Source: Callorhinchus milii
Lineage: Eukaryota
Direction: 5' to 3'
NCBI RefSeq assembly: GCF_018977255.1
Contig: NW_024704743.1
Location: forward strand, 42,100,001-42,164,000
DNA: 64,000 bases
Below the pieces are notes generated by a model. It ran no database searches and was not told the origin of the DNA. It worked only from the letters and a program-made list of their open reading frames with translations. The stretch's first letter is position 1. Each line of letters opens with the position of its first letter. This document shows positions 24,661 to 37,829 of this stretch, in pieces. The position numbers and the translations under genes are program-made.

Positions 24661-25659
24661 TGAAATAAATACTGTAATGTGTACCTTCCTGAGGCATATT
24701 AGAGTTGACCTGGGATGCATTTTGTTGTCATATGGTATACTGAAAAGAACCAAAGAAGAAAATCAAAACCAAAGCTCAGTCCTAGTTTTCTCAGGGACAT
24801 TGAGGGTTGCATTTGGAGAAACTGAAAATAGTGGCCATAAAAGCGAATGGGTTCTGCAGCAAAATGAAACTTGCTTTCTGGCAGCTAGGATACATAATCA
24901 CAATGAAGAAATGGTGACATAAGCTTCTCAACTTCTACGCGAATCATCTATTAAATGCACAGCCACAAACAGGCCTGAGTGTCATTTTGAATAACTATTG
25001 ACATGAGCAGCATATCAAGAGGGTATGTCAGGCAATGCAGCAGCTGTCATCTTTAGCAGGGGAAGGATTCATTTTGGATTAAAAGTATATTTTTTGCTGT
25101 GCTTTTTATTCTCTCCTTTTGTTTTGTTTCCTTCTTAATCTTTCTTCTCCCTTGTCTCCGATACCGCTGACAAAAAGCACGCCTGAACTGACTGCCTTTT
25201 GTCATAGGAAGGAATGGGAAATAAGCGGCCCATTATCACATGAAACCATGTAAACTGGTGACAGAATGTCATCAAAAGGCATTGTTCATACTGACATAAT
25301 TAGTCAGTACTACAATCCTTACAAAAAAATCAAAGGCATAATGTCAGTTACATCTTGTAACCATGCACAGTCTTCAGTCTTGTCAGAGACAAAAAGCCAT
25401 CCAGCTAGTCTTTAGATTTTGCAAAGTACAGATTCACAAAATTAATTGTGATTCACGGATTAACCTCTAATTAATAAATAAGAAAAATAATTTTGGGGCA
25501 GCAGTGTTGCGGAGAGAGCTTGTTGGTTCAAATCTATACTGGGTTTGCTGGTCTGCTTGGTGAGGTTAAATTAGCTCTGGCGTTCCCAGGATAAAGGAAG
25601 GAAAAAACAGAGTTCCTGCTCCAAGGCTCTCTACAATACTTTCTAATTGTGTGTGTGTG

Positions 25660-26005
25660 TAATCCTTGCGTTTGATCTAGTACCTTCACATCTTCAAAAT
25701 GTAACTGCTCCAGGCACTCCCATTCTTGCCTGGCTTCACTGGCTCCCCATTCCTCAGAGAATCAAGTACAAAACCATCGTTCTCACCTTCAAAGCCCTCC
25801 ACGGCCTTGCCCTACCTCTCCAACCTCCCAAGCCCATATCAGCCTGTTCATTATCTCCGTTTGGCGGGCCCCAGCCTGCTTCAGGTCCCCCACACTTCCT
25901 GACCCACCATTGGTGGTCTCAAAGCATTTCACCAAATAAACTGTAAAATGAATTGACTATATTTTTTGGGCGAAACGTGGCAGCCAGTTGTGCACAAGCA
26001 GTATT
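25660..26005. mobile_element. Minus-strand SINE tail interrupted by a plus-strand L2 fragment (25710-25915)
   Basis: aatccttgcgtttgat...cttcaaaatg [PILAWLHWLPIPQRIKYK] tctcaaagcatttcac...gggcgaaacgtggcagcc. Confidence 0.75.
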
Positions 26006-26362
26006 TGGTAGCTGGCTGAGAGGAGATCAGTCAGGCTCACCTGTGACACCTTCCACAGTCAAGTGCTCTGCTGACACTCAATGCCAAGATGCACACATGA
26101 TTAATTATCACCTAGGCGGGGTACTGGAGAGCAACCAGTGCTCAGGAAGCTTCAACAAAGCAAGAGAAGGCCAGGCCAGTACCTGACAGGCATACAGCAG
26201 GGAGAAAATTAGAAGATAGAAAATAATTGGACACACTATGAAACAAAATCAATTCCTCTTTCACTGACATTCTTCCTCTAAATGTTGCATACCCACAGAC
26301 ACAGACACAGTTATTCACATTGTAATTCTGGGGATCAAAGCCATGACAGTATTCAGTAGTAT

Positions 26363-26735
26363 TGGAGTCCTGCAGCTTAGTGGTTAGAGCACTTGCCTCG
26401 CAAACGAAAGGTCCTGGGATCAAATCCTGGACAGGGCGAAACTTTGGCCAAAGTTCTTTACTCTACAGGTGCCTGTTTTCCTAGCAGTAAGTAGGAAATA
26501 TTTGTTAGTCAGATGGATCGGTTTTCCAGGCGTAATAACCCTAGACATTTTTTAAAAATATTGATAATTTGGTCACTCAATCCACAACTATTTGTGGGAA
26601 ACTCCTGTGTGTAATTTCTGCCATGTTTCACCCACAAAATATACAGTCAATTCACTTTACAGAAAAATGTGTGAACCGCTTTGAGACCTCTTGAAGAGTG
26701 ATAAAACGTTACATCAAATTCAAGGATTATTATTT
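26363..26735 (+). mobile_element. Full-length tRNA-derived SINE (long form)
   Basis: ggagtcctgcagcttagtggttagagcac head, internal ctagcagtaagtagg block, ggattattatt tail. Confidence 0.9.
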
Positions 26736-27574
26736 TCTGAGGATAATAATAATAGTAATCCTTGCATTTTATGTCAGGCTTGTTAAATGATAGAACTAAC
26801 TCAGTCAATTCATTGTCTTTCTTTTCTATTTTTCACACCAATTAAGTTCCACATGATGTGAGCAGTTGTGAATGTAAAGCAAGAGGAGTTGTCAGAGACC
26901 ACTGTTCAGAGTGTGCTGTGTGAGTCAGTGAAGAGTCCCTATTGTCCTTCATACTGATGTGTAGAGAACAGTGCTTTGCATTGTTGGTAAAGTGATTTCA
27001 CACCTTAACCTGTATAGTGCAAAATGATCTAAAACCCTAGAAAAAGCCTCAAAAAGTACATACATTTTACATTGTTTACTGCGCTGTGATATTCATTACT
27101 GATGCAACCCTAACTTTGGCAGTCAGGTGTTCAAATATGGTCAAGAGGCCCTTCAGCTCATTTGATCTCATCCTTCTAGAACATCCACTTTACCAGCATC
27201 TTCCTATTATGAAATCAAGCTATGTTATTTCTAATGTGAATTTCTAGTTTTAAATTGCAACTTGACTACCCTTCCTGGCAAACGTAAGCTGAAAACACTG
27301 ACATTGCTTAATTTAGAAAGCATATAAAGTTTGTCAGAAAAAGGAAATAACCTTACTAAACTAGTCTATATAAACACATGTAACAATGAGTGATTTTGCT
27401 CTTTAATAAGATAAATAGAGGCTGCACAAAAGTCTTCACTTGAGCTCTGGAAAGATGTATGTGGGCAGTTCTTCTGTTTACCTCTTATATTCTAAAGAAA
27501 AGTTTTTTTTTCTCTGTTTTCATATGCTGAGAGTTTTATAATACCAGTAATGTGAGCAAGTCAGTTAAGTGTTA

Positions 27575-27952
27575 ACCTGACTGAGTCAGTTGCTCACTCG
27601 CCTCTGAGACACAATGTTGTGGTTCAAGCTCTGCAACGGAACTTTGAGCTCACAATCTAGACTGACATGCCGATACAGTGCTGCGGGGTTAAACAGATGT
27701 CTGTCTGTTCAAGTGGGCATTAAATATGCTATGGTCAATCCAAAAAGAGAAAGCAGTTTCTCCTGGTGTCCTGCCCAACAAAATCCCCGATTAAAAAACA
27801 ATTATTGTAGGACATTGCTGTGCATGAATTGATTACCTAATTTGTCTCCCAATCCCCAGTAATTACACATTACGGAAAAATCTGCGAAGCACCTTGAGAT
27901 TTTTCAATGTGATAAGACATTATAGCAAATGCAAGGATTATTATTGTTATTA
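27575..27952 (+). mobile_element. Deu-domain SINE, decayed
   Basis: Head cactcgcctctgag...gtggttcaag, partial Deu core, tail aatgcaaggattattatt. Confidence 0.8.
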
Positions 27953-28394
27953 TCTTTACTGACCTTGATAGACCTTGAGCCAATGAGCAGACATCCTGCT
28001 ACTCCAACACAGTCAGGGAAAAACTTCAAAAACAATTTGAATTCCAGAGTTTTTCAGTTTACCATATATAAGATGAATGGGTATTGACAAATCAACAATA
28101 TAAACCTAATAGCAGAAGCACTAATTATCTCCTTATGGACCCAAGCACTTATGACACCTTTTACATGAGTGTTTCCATAAGCCTCCTGTACAAGCACTAA
28201 TTGTGTCAGTTATGACACAACTCAGAGTCCCAACACTTGTGGGAGGAAGGTGGACAAGTTAGGTATACCTAAATACTCACATCATCCTTAAAAAAAAGCA
28301 TTTTAATATTGGTCTCTATACATTGAGTCCAGTTATATCAGCTTCACACTTACAGACTGTCTCTCTAAACCAGACTTGCACTATTCCAAGATGA

Positions 28395-28645
28395 TAAAAT
28401 GCTTTGGATGAAGAAAGCCTTTCGACTCGTTTGATCTCATGCTTCCAGAATGCTCAATCCTACTGTCCTCCCATTACAATATCAAGGTGTTTCTTGAATT
28501 AATCCATTATCCTGGCCTTGAACATTCTTTTTTTTCCCCCTTCCTGTTCTTATTCACCCTTGGTGTAAATAAATAATGCCTGGTGTTTATTCTGAAATTG
28601 CTTTTCACAAACTTGAACCCATACTCTTTTAACTCGTTTCCATAG
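28395..28645 (-). mobile_element. Old CR1-like 3' end (a related fragment lies at ~27145-27280)
   Basis: tttgatctcat.cttc.aga is shared by both copies; ttctgaaattgcttttcacaaacttgaaccc resembles the reversed RGH.FKL...FR segment. Confidence 0.5.
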
Positions 28646-30169
28646 TGCATTTGTATTTCAATATTCAGTCTCTCTCCCAGTGAAGTTCTAGTATAAAGTG
28701 GTGGAGAATACTTAACTATTAACTATGAGTGAGATGCATTAAGCAAACTGCTTGGAATTGTTCCCTGCCAAGTTACACTCACTACACACAAAGTGATGGA
28801 ATTTTCTCTGCAATTCAGGGAAACATGTCCCTGGTCTTTTCCAGTGTTGATTCATCTATTACAAAGATTGGATCCAGATCAGTGTGTTGACTCCAGCTGT
28901 TAGAATGGAGTCAATACAGCATTAAGTCACTACTTTAGTAGGCAGCGGAATCAAATAAGCTTGAGGTATCGCGACTACTTCATGATCTTGATGCCTCTAT
29001 GAGTATATTTTCAACTTTAAAAGCAGCAATGTATTATTAAGGCTGCAAGAATCTGTATGGATGTAATTCTAGTATCAGAGTTTCATACTGGAGCATTGCA
29101 TGTCTACACTGCTGTACTTCAACTGCAAGTTACAGTCTGGAGTTAAATCCATACTTCATTCTAAAACTCAAAGTATAAATGGGGCAATTTATTGATCAAT
29201 CTGTTACAGCGAATGGATTTGTATTCCCAACAGTAATAGGAACGTTGTAAAGAAGAAAACATTTTTTCTTCCCTGGCAGATAATAAACAGGAGAAGTGTC
29301 TGATAGACTTGGAGAGTCATTATCCAGTAGTATAGGTAACAGGCCTTGCGATTATAATTTACTTAAAGGAGGTTAAATGGATGTGATTTACTTTAAGTTG
29401 GTAAACAGTACAAAGTTGCTGGCACATTCCCACAAGAGTATAAGCAGAAACATGGCAGGCTCTAGGTCATTTGGGAGTGACAGACATGAATGGAAGGTTA
29501 ATTCTGATGTTGCTTGTTTCTTTACACTGGAAGCGAGAGGTTACCAGGGGAAATGGAAGCAATTTGTTTGGACTGTAAAGCTTCTATGAATGGGTAATCT
29601 GTGTTTCTTCCACCTTTTCAATTCAAGGTCACTCTTTAGTTGTGCATCCGTTTCTTTAAAACAATTTAAGTGCAGATCTCAACAAATGTAATATTTAAGA
29701 AGGCTACATTGTCTTCTAAATTCATCTTGAAACTCAGAACTGTTGCTGTTGATAATTGACTGCTATGATAATTATGTTTTGGAAAAATATCAAAGTCACC
29801 TGGTTTCTCTTCCATGTTTAATTTATCTCCTCCATTCTCCTCCATGTATCCTTGCCCCAACTCAGAGGTATGCAAGAGCAGCCTGCCAGACTCCCTTGCT
29901 AAGCCAAGAATGGAGTGTAACTAAGGCAGATGACCTGTTCCCAGGTAATTGTCACTCAGAGGTACGCAAGAGCAGCCTGGGATGAGTCATTCTCTAGAAT
30001 TGTTCTTCCAGTCTAGTGGGAAATGACAAGACTCAGCTCACTGCTGCCACCACCCTATTGTATGGTTGAAGTCAGACACAACAATCTTGACTCGTATAGT
30101 GTTTTTTAGCAGAAAGAACCTCACTAAACACTTTATAAAGGCAATGGAAAGCATTGAGCAGGATGGAAA

Positions 30170-30520
30170 TAACAATAATAAATATAATATGCCTTGCATT
30201 TGATATAGCGCCTTATCACGTCTTCAAAATATCTCAAAGCGCTTTACAGAATATACTGTAAAGTGAACTCACTGTATATTCTGTGGACGAAACACAACAG
30301 CCAATTGTGCACAACAGTGTCCCACCTGTTCCCAGGTAATTCCACAAACAGTCGTGGAATGAGTGACCATATTATTACAACAACAACAACAACAAGATTC
30401 CATTTATAGAGCGCCTTTCACGTCGGTAGGATGTCCCAAAGCGCTGGACAGTTATTTTAAAAAATGTATTTATTAATTTTTTTTGAGGGGATAATTGCCC
30501 CAGAAAACAACTAAAAAACA
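30170..30520 (-). mobile_element. tRNA-derived SINE 3' half, carrying an L2 tail insertion (30376-30452)
   Basis: ccttgcatttgatatagcgcc...gagtgacca, then (caa)n-gattccatttatagagcgcctttcacgtcgg. Confidence 0.85.
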
Positions 30521-30616
30521 GGTTTCAAATGAGAGGCTATTTGAGAGTGCAAGGACCAAAAAAATTGTGGGGTATATTTTATGATGTTTCAGGCATTATG
30601 TTCCTTATGTTAGGTA

Positions 30617-33585
30617 TCAGCCTGGCTAAATTGTCAATATTCTCATCTCTGAGTCGTCAGAAGTTTGCAGGTTCAAGTAACACAATGAGACTCTGAGCTA
30701 ATACAACAACAAAGTTACATTTGTTTGGCACCTTTCACATTGGAAGAAAGTCCCATGGTGCTGGACAGTCAGTGTTTCAGACCTGAGCTGGGGGTTGAGA
30801 TTGAGGAGGGTGGAGGGCGCGGTGGGGGAAGCAGGGCGATCGAAAACACGGTCGAAGAGGAAGGTCTTGATATGGGTCTTGAAGGAGGCAAGGGAGGGAC
30901 TGCAGGATGGAGTTCCAGAGGGTTTGGGCAGAGAGGCAGAAGGCTCGCCCGCCAATGGTGGGGCAGGCGAGGCAGGAGACGTAAAGAAGGCCGGAGCCCA
31001 CTGAGCAGAGGGAGTGGGCAGGATGGTAGAGATTTAGAAGGTCGCAGATGTAGGGGGGAGCAAGGCCATGGAGGGCTTTGAAGGTGAGGACCAGGATCTT
31101 GAACAGTATCCTCTGTGTGATGGGAAGCCAGTGGAGTCGGGCGAGGATGGGGGTGATAGGGTCACGGAGCCTGTTGTGAGAGAGGACATGGGCTGCAGGG
31201 TTCTGGATAATTTGCAGCCTATGGAGGGAGCAGGTATGGAGGTGGATAAGCAAGGAGTTTGCATAGTCAAGCCTCGATGTTATGAATGTGTCTATGAGGG
31301 TTTTGGCGGCCTGAGGTGTGAGACACTGGCGGAGCCAGGCCATGTTGCGGAGTTGGGGGAAGGCAGAGCGGGTCATGGCATGGATATGGGGTAGAAAGGA
31401 TAGTTGATAATCAAACAAGATGCCAAGGTTCTGGACTGGCTTTAAGGTGGAGTGTGCATCCATGGATGGTGATACTGTCAGCGTCTAAGGTGAGGAGGCG
31501 CTGACGGGAGCCAATCAGGAGTGCCTCGGTCTGGTTGAAGTTCAACTAAAGAAAATTAGCTCTCATCCAGGACTTAATGTCTAATAGATGTTTGCAATTG
31601 TACTGGTGTCAAGGGTGGCATCAGAGAGGTACAGTTGGGTGTCATCTCCATACATGTGGAAGTTGACCTCTTGTCTGCAGATGATGTCATCAAGAAGGAG
31701 CATATAGATATTGAAGAGGAGGGGACCAAGGACGGATCCCTGAAGAATGCTTCATGAGACACTATGGGAGCTAGGGGAGAAACCGTTTGTGGAGATGAAG
31801 TGGAGGCGATGTGAAAGGTACGATCTGAACCATTCAAGGACAGAACAGTGAAGGTTGAGATGAGGCGGTGGATGAGGATAGAGTGGTCAATGGTGTCAAA
31901 GGCAGCACAGAGGTCAAGGAGGACGAGGAAGCAGAGGGAGCCCTGATCGCAGATGGACAGAATATAATTTGCCACTTTGACCAGTGCTGTTTATGTGCTG
32001 TGGGGGTGCACGGAAACCCAATTGGTGGGGTTCATGAAGGGAGTGCGGGAGAGGAAGGAGCGAAGTTGGGAAGCAATGACTCATTCAAGGTCCTTGGAGA
32101 AGAAAGGCAGATTGGAGATGGGGCGGTAGTTTGAGAGCAGGAATGGGTCCAGGGAGGGTTTTTTTAAGGATAGGAGTGATGTCGGCTGTTTTTAAAGGGG
32201 TGGGAATAGTACCAGTAGACAGGGAGAGGTTTATGATGTCTTTGAGTAGAGGTGCAAAGGGGTGGAACTGGGAGGTAAGGCGAGGTGTAGGGATGGGGTT
32301 GAGGGAGCAGTTGGTCAATTTCATGCGGGTTATAGCGGTGGTGAGAGAGGAGTGGAGACAGATTTGAAGGTGTTGAGGAAGGGATGGGTAGGGGCCAGGG
32401 TGAGAGGTGGTAGTAGATGGAAGGGCAGAGGCAGCAGAGTGGATCCCCTTAACTTTGGATTCAAGGAAGTCCATCATCGCCTCATAGTTGATATTGGAGG
32501 TGAGGATGGGCAAGGCGTGAGAGTGTCGGTGGAGGAGCCAGTTGGTGATGGAGAAGAGTAGCCTGGGGTTGTCCTTTGCCTCCAAGATTGTCTTGGAGTA
32601 GAACGATGATTTAGTGGAGCCGAGGAGGGAGTGATAATATTTGATAGAATCCAGCCAGCTCTGCTGATGGACCGTTAATTTCGATTTAAGCCAGGTGCAT
32701 TCAGTGGCACACATCTGTGCTTTAAGGGAGTGAAGGGCCTGGTGTACCATGGTGACTTTCGTGAGTAGGAAACAGTTCGGGAAGTGAGGGGGTGCAAGGA
32801 AATCAAGAGGGTTGGAGAGGGAACTGTAGAGAAGAGTGACTAAGGAGGATAGGTCATTGCGGGAGGAAGCTCAGAGCGGGAAGAGTTCAGATGATTCCAA
32901 GGCAGTGGAGAGGGAGGGTGGGGGGAGATTTTTTTCCAGGGGCGGTAGGGAGATGGAGGTGGGTTGGGTGGAGGTGGCGAGAGGGATTGAGGAGTTAAGG
33001 GAGATTAAGTGATGATCCGAAATCACTTTGTCGATGATGGTGAGGTCCAAGACGATGAGGCCCAGAGTGATCACCAGGTCGAAGGGGTGACCACGGACGT
33101 GGCTGGCAGAGTGAATGTGGAGGGAGAGGTTGTGGGAGGAGATAAGGGAGGAGAAGTTAGCAGAGGTAGAGAAGGAGGAGGTGAAGTGAAAGTTGCAGTC
33201 GCCTAGGATGAGGAGATGTTTGGAACAGAGAGAGAAGGAAGATAGCAGAGTGGAGATGTCGGGGAGGAAGGTGGGGGAGGGCTTGAGTGGCAATAGATGA
33301 GGAGAATTTTGAGGGAAAGGTTGGAGGGGTGATAAAAGGTAAGATGCTCAAAGGAGGGGAAGGTTCCAGACAGTCTAATAATCTAGATACTCTCCAATGC
33401 AATGATGCAATGCAATGCAGCTCTTCATTGTTGGATGCACCGTCCTTCGGCTGTGGTATATTGTTGTGTGTAAATTAACAGCCACAAAATGTACAGTCAT
33501 TACACTTTATGGTATATCCTGTGAAGCATTTTGGGACATCATCCTGATATGAAAGTTGTATCAAATGCAAGACTTATTATTATTA
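30617..33585 (+). mobile_element. Deu-domain SINE split by an L2: head 30617-30703, remainder 33375-33585
   Basis: tctcatctctgagtc...ggttcaag...gagactctgagctaata rejoins atctagatactctccaatgca...aaatgcaagacttattatt. Confidence 0.75.
30704..33374 (-). mobile_element. Longest L2 copy (~2.7 kb): partial APE endonuclease, RT, 3' tail; multiple frameshifts
   Basis: LLILGDCNFH...SHVRGHPFDLVIT (EN), DNPRLLFS, ITPILKK, LLDLCAAFDTIDH, FITSRLDYANSLL, LARLHWLP, caacaac tail. Confidence 0.95.
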
Positions 33586-33924
33586 GTTTACTCAATAAAA
33601 GTTAATCACACTTGCTGGTACACCATCTCACGTATTACATCATTAAAATTGTTTGAACGTTCAGTCATGCAAACATTTATTGCAGTTTTTGTCATTGCCA
33701 CCCTTAAATCAGTCCTATGATTTTAGCTACAATGTTGTTTAAAGATTCCTGGTTTTCAAGTGCATTAGACAAAACTTACAAAGAGTATAACATAGGAATG
33801 AAGAGAACAAGAAAATGTTACTTTGCCCATTCCTCAACATCCTGCCCAGCCATGTGGTTCATGGAATTTACCCAAAATATTTAATCTCCTGAGTCAAGGA
33901 GGCAAGGCCATCAAATCCCCCAGA

Positions 33925-34100
33925 TAAAATTGATCATTCACTTTATGGCTATTTGTGAGATATTGTGTGCAAACTAAGTGTCATGTGCATCTACAAAACA
34001 CAATCACTACACTTTACAGTAAGCGCCGTGAAACTGTTTGAGACATCTTCCCATGTGAAAGTCAAATGAAAGAATTATTATTACTATTATCATTGTTGTT
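33925..34100 (+). mobile_element. SINE 3' half, decayed
   Basis: cactacactttacagt...gtgaa...tttgagacatcttcccatgtgaaag...attattatt. Confidence 0.65.
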
Positions 34101-37100
34101 ATGAAAGTCCTACAGAGTTTCCCATTCCCTTCACCCTCACAGTTAATGCCAGTTTTCAAGTACATTAACTGGCAGTATTGACCAATTGGCCAGTAATGAT
34201 TTTGTACTTTCAGATCTCCGCTATGCAGAGAGGGAATTGGAGATCTAAATTTCGAAATAGGTCCAACCAGAAGAAAATCTGAAACAGGGAAACATATCCA
34301 TTGTACATTAACAGGTGCAATATCAGCTTCGCTTCCAAAACAATCCGGTGGTGTAAAAACGGTATGGCAACAACAATTTGAATTTCTAGAGCACTCTTCA
34401 TATGGGATGACATCGCGAAGTGCTTATGACACAAACAAGAACATTGTACAGTAACTCCTACATTATCAGCATAGTTTATCACCCTCTTAAATATTGATTT
34501 GGACACACATTGCTTAGCAGTTTACAGCAATCATCTGTAAGAGCAACAGCCGTTTGCACAGTCTGGTGTTTTGCAAAGGCTGTAAACCAGAAAGCATGAA
34601 ATGTGGATGAACTGGGTAAATTGCCAGGTTTTACTTATTATGAACTGTAATTTTGCACTCTTTGATCCATCAAAAGCACATTTATTTTATCCATACATTT
34701 ATTAATATAAACAGATTTAAAAGGGGGAAAATAAGTAGATTTAACTGAGATCTGAAACTGTATTGAACAAAAATGTTTTAGTATTTTACCACATTAATTC
34801 AATCTGATCAGAAGGTGATGATAAAAGAGGTTCTGCCCAGTTCACATTACAATAAATTTACTCTGGTAATAACATCAGGAAAACAGATATCAGCAAAACC
34901 TTATTGATCCTGTCTTACATGAGAATTTGTCATGTTCAATGCCACAGCGTCTGGTGCAACTATTGAGATACAATCTCCAATTCCCATACTTTCACTGCAC
35001 TAAAAGTTTTCTAATATAAAGAAGTAAAGGATATCTCTGATTATAACAAAATTTAAGCAATTGAACCGTACAATGAAAAGTATTTTAACGCAAATTATTT
35101 AAAGATAATTTGCAGTTAAGTATGAGGATAGGAAAATAAACCAGTTTCAGAACCTCCTGACTTGTTAAAGTATTCAGCCTGAAACCACACAGCTGTGGAA
35201 GATGCCTTTTCCCACATGCTAATTCACTTCCTACCAATCTACTTAAGGAAACATTTTCAATCACCAGAATTTCTTTCCACACATTCATTCTACAGACATC
35301 TGATTCCAAGGTGTGCGAGTCGTTGTCTCAGTGATGAAGATTAGCATACTGCATTGGGTACATGCAGATTAGTTTTGTAACATTTCCCCACTGAATTACA
35401 AGTCTTAGAGGTAGGGGAAATATAATTTTCTCTTGACTATCTCTCTCTCTCTCTCTGCTTCAGTTTATATTGCTAAAACTCTACTGGCTGGATATTATTT
35501 CGGCAGATTGACACAGAGCAAAATGCAGAACAGCATACCCGAGCATTCAGCTAGGGAAACTCATGACACCAATTGGCTGGCTTTATAAAGTCCGAACCAC
35601 ATATTGCTTACCAAGAGGATGAATTGATCGTACAGAAGGAATGGACAGAGAAGGTCAGTGAATCTGAAGAAACTTACCACTGGTCTGTGTATTTTAATGT
35701 CTAACTCATAGATGCTTTGTAAGCACACATTCCAAGAATAACAAAAAAAAAGTCACATTGAAGCACTGACTTTTATGTTTGTTACCATTGCAGGAGGATG
35801 CTGATTCTTCTGCTGTGTTAAGCAAGTGGATTTTGAAGGGAACACTCACCCATTTTCTGGACAATTGTCAGTCATACGCTGGGATCAGCAATGGGGAATG
35901 ACAACAGAGAGAGAGAGAGAGAGGAAAGAGCAGGTTGGTATCTGTGTAATTTTTCAGTGAATCTAATACACTCGTATAGTGTGACTGATGCTCCTGTTAT
36001 GGTTCTTTAAAATGTAAATTTGTATGAGCCTCCTCCCCCTCTCATTCTCTCTGATACATTCAGTGCTGATGCTACTGTCATCGCACCAGAAAGTGATGTT
36101 TTAACACTTGAGTAGGAAGCTTCTTCCTGTGGCAACACATTTTGTGGGAGAGAGAAGCTGCCACTCTGTATTTCGGTTCAAAATCTGCTGCATAGCACAT
36201 ATGATGCTGCTGTGGCTCTCCATTCAGGCACCTTTCAAGCTTAGCACAATCGGTCACAGTGATAACAGAAGGGTTAATCGCTAAATTCACTGTTCACAAT
36301 TCTTTCGCTTCATCTTCTTAGCACAGACGGTGGTCACTCTCATACATTGCATGGAATTATTAACATATTCTGTTTGTACCTAGAGATTAGGTCTAATGTT
36401 ATGCTTTGTGTTTTGTACCAAACCAGCATTATCCCAGTTTGACATAAAGGTTCTATTACAACAAGCTACTTGGGCTGCTGCTCATCTGTAAGATTTCCTT
36501 GTGAGATTTACTGTGTTTAAAAGCCATTATTAGACTGATATCCTGGATTTGGTTCTGACATAATCTAATAAATGATCGAGCGGCGATGTCTCCTTAGCCT
36601 CTCGGATTCCGCTGAAACAGCTGGTCGGAACATTACAAGCTGTTTCCTTGCTGTATAGCTTCTGCTGCCTCCTGACGTGAAGAAGGGTGAAGATACCGTT
36701 TGATTAAGTAGCTAGGGAACCTGCACAAGTGGAATGAGGCATGCTAACAGTGCCCCTGCCTGAGTGCAGGAGCCTTCATTCGTTTCCATTGAAGTGACAG
36801 CACCACAACATTGCACGCTCTTTCTTTTAAACACACAGACATTTGTTATGCTTAAGGAATGCAAGTTAAATAAAGCACACACTAACCCATGCACCATAAA
36901 TAAAAAGATTCAGGAGTCTGGCCTGATTTAATCATGAAAGAATGCTGTCGCGAGCTTTTCTTCAGGGTTCTGTTGGGCAATAAATGGATTCTCGGTGCCT
37001 TTTCATAAGGAAATGCGATGTTTGTACAACACCAGACTGTGCAAACGGCTGTTGCTCTTAAATTAATGCTATGGTCTTCCTTTTTGTTCATCTGTATGTA

Positions 37101-37829
37101 ATGCATCCTTTCAATATACCAGAACAGAGCAGCTTAGTAATAAAGATGCTATACATTGAGTAATGTTGTGTCTAACCATCGACAGTGATCTTTCACCCCA
37201 AAGTCAAATAGACCTACTTTTAAATTTAAAAAAAAAGATTTTTCACTGATTTATACTAAGCAGACAGTGAAAATGTTATTCTGGATTTTGAAGGAAGATG
37301 ACAGTCAACAGGATTCTTAATGATATATATATTTTTATGCAACAAATGTATTATTGCTTTGCTGTATATTTGAATCCATTTATCCATTAGAGATTAAGTA
37401 GATGTATGAATATTGAGTTGCAGTTAGAACCTCTTTGCTATTAACTCCCTGCAATTTTACCTGATGGTTTTGGAGTCTTGAAAGCTGGCACAAAATTGTA
37501 TCCAACAATGTGTACACACCTCTGGAACACTAGACACTGTGTGCCAAATGATGTTCTGCATAAACCATATCCATCACAGAAGTATCACAATCACACCGAG
37601 AATGTCATGCATATACAATCTAAATGGTTATCTTAAATAAGAAAACTGTACTTGCTTCTATGTTTTTTTTAGTTTGATCTACAATTATTTAGTTAGCAGA
37701 AATCACAAAAAAATCTTCTGAAGCTGTAATGAAGGCGAAGATGGTATAAAACCCTTAATTTATTCAGTCATTCATAAATCATTCAGATTTAAACTAGCAG
37801 CTGATGCACAACCACACATGCTAGTATGT

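Noticed and set aside
29860..29979. CRISPR-like repeat-spacer pattern
   Set aside because: Only two repeats, a vertebrate context and no cas genes.
30725..33478. Numerous G/E-rich plus-strand ORFs (also 34-933, 15973-16836)
   Set aside because: They are antisense shadows of L2 ORF2 with no independent coding evidence.
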